Shown here: positions 62,857-64,000 of the stretch, piece after piece | Layout of the letters: each line of letters opens with the position of its first letter | Numbering within the stretch: the first letter of the stretch is position 1 | Program-made: the position numbers and the translations under genes | From: Dimorphilus gyrociliatus | Taxonomy: Eukaryota; Animalia; Annelida | NCBI GenBank assembly: GCA_904063045.1 | Contig: CAJFCJ010000006.1 | Span: forward strand, 4,294,408-4,358,407 | Length of the DNA: 64,000 nt | Reading direction: 5' to 3' | Notes under the pieces: generated by a model | Databases searched by the model: none | Told to the model about the DNA's origin: nothing | What the model saw: only the letters and a program-made list of their open reading frames with translations

Positions 62857-63951
62857 TTAACTTTTATTCTGTTTCTCATTTTCTAATCTTTCTTCAAACT
62901 TTGAAAATTCTGATTTATTTATTTCGTCAACTTCATCTTCAATCTGTTCTACCCCAACAACTTCGGGTATGTAAAACTGCAGCATATTTTGTACGCCACT
63001 TTTCAATGTAACCGTTGAACTTGGGCAACTAACACATGAACCTTGCATTTTTAATTTTACTATTCCGTCTTCGAATGCCTATATTTAAATATTCAATACT
63101 TAAAACCGTTTATATTATTTATATTTTTAATTTTCTATTACTTACAACGTATTGTATATCTCCACCATCTTCTTGAACTGTCGGACGTATCCTTGTATCA
63201 AGTAGTTCTTTAATCATAGCTACAGTTTCATCGTCTTCCGGATGTACCTCAGTATCACTAGGAGCTTTCTCTCCGGTATATATTGGTAATCCTGATGCAA
63301 AAAAGTCCATAACAATTGCATATACTTCCGGTTTGACAATTTGCCAATCAATATCTTCTTCTTTTGTTATTGTTATAAAATCATTTCCAAAGAAAACAGC
63401 TTTTACTCCATCTATCCGAAAAAGCAATCTGAAATGATATCAAAGAAAATTGACACTTGAAGTAAAAATCCTACGTTGACATACTTGGCCAGAGGTGAAG
63501 AATGAGCTTCTCTAACATTTGGGAAATCCATTGTTCCCGAGTCTAAAACATCACATCCTGGTAAAAACTTTAAACTATTCGGATTTGGGGTTTCTTGAGT
63601 TTGAATAAACATATATCTTTCTAAAATAAAGAAGTGTTAAACTCTTCGATAAAAATTACATTTCTAGTAAATACTCTGGGAAAAGTTTATTGGTGTCGCC
63701 TTTTTAAAATGATATCCTCGAGCAGATAAAGTCATAATTTGACGAGCTGATGTTTTAGTTCGAATAGATCTATACAAAAAAATTTAAAAAAGTTTGGTTA
63801 TAAGTATTGATGAGATCAGTTAAAATCGTTCTAGGTTTCTCAAGAGTCCCATAATATATAGGAATTTTTTAGAAACTCACTTGAATAGCAGATCACAGAG
63901 AAATCTGGAGGTAACTCTGGTGACTCCTATAACTTGCCTGTAAGCAGCCAT
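62857..63951 (-). CDS. NFU1: NFU1 mitochondrial Fe-S scaffold, 5 exons, 268 aa
   Basis: Exons 63951-63881, 63769-63675, 63620-63485, 63428-63146 and 63078-62857. Arg/Ser-rich transit peptide, [29 protein letters not shown] and GSCVSCPSS. Confidence 0.96.
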
Positions 63952-64000
63952 CTTGATAATAATTGTAAACCTATTTTCGTATTTTTACAAGAACATTTTT

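Noticed and set aside
63944-63955. YY1-like GCAGCCATCTTG
   Set aside because: It is simply the reverse complement of the NFU1 start-codon context (CAAG ATG GCT GC).
1-64000. tRNA, rRNA, CRISPR arrays, intact transposons
   Set aside because: No cloverleaf with A/B boxes, rRNA-like tract, repeat-spacer array, TIR/LTR pair or transposase/RT ORF was recognised by eye. An Infernal or RepeatMasker run would be needed to exclude them formally.

Overview
This window is AT-rich, very compact animal (bilaterian invertebrate) genomic DNA, with about 22 protein-coding genes in 64 kb and mostly 48-75 nt introns. It resembles miniaturised genomes such as that of the annelid Dimorphilus, but that assignment is inference only. 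Gene order: TIMELESS/timeout(+), furin-like convertase(-), BCS1L(+), tandem F-type lectin(-), GIY-YIG-like orphan(-), TOP3B(+), RPP21(-, absent from the ORF track), EXOC1(+), ADAM10-like(+), PSMA4(-), CCAR1(+), SYLF/SH3YL1-like(+), stand-alone ZNF451-type PIN protein(+), URB1(-), perilipin(+), TUBGCP4(-), beta-propeller-like orphan(+), NitFhit(+), MAU2(-), NRDE2(+), orphan(-), NFU1(-). Exon structures were reconstructed by hand from splice signals and remembered homologue sequences; no database search was run. Main observations: (1) two minor-spliceosome (U12) introns, one with apparent non-canonical GT-AT ends just before the catalytic Cys of NitFhit and one 624-nt intron after an 18-nt microexon in MAU2; (2) TOP3B and RPP21 coding sequences overlap by 13 bp on opposite strands; (3) TIMELESS carries a tandem duplication of its PARP1-binding domain; (4) an intronless gene has a degenerate GIY-YIG-like fold and another is a stand-alone ZNF451-type PIN domain; (5) the furin-like gene may switch between soluble and anchored forms through a 65-nt terminal intron; (6) EXOC1 has candidate regulated small exons; (7) CTCF-like motifs sit at gene boundaries. 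No rRNA, tRNA, CRISPR array or intact transposon was recognised.
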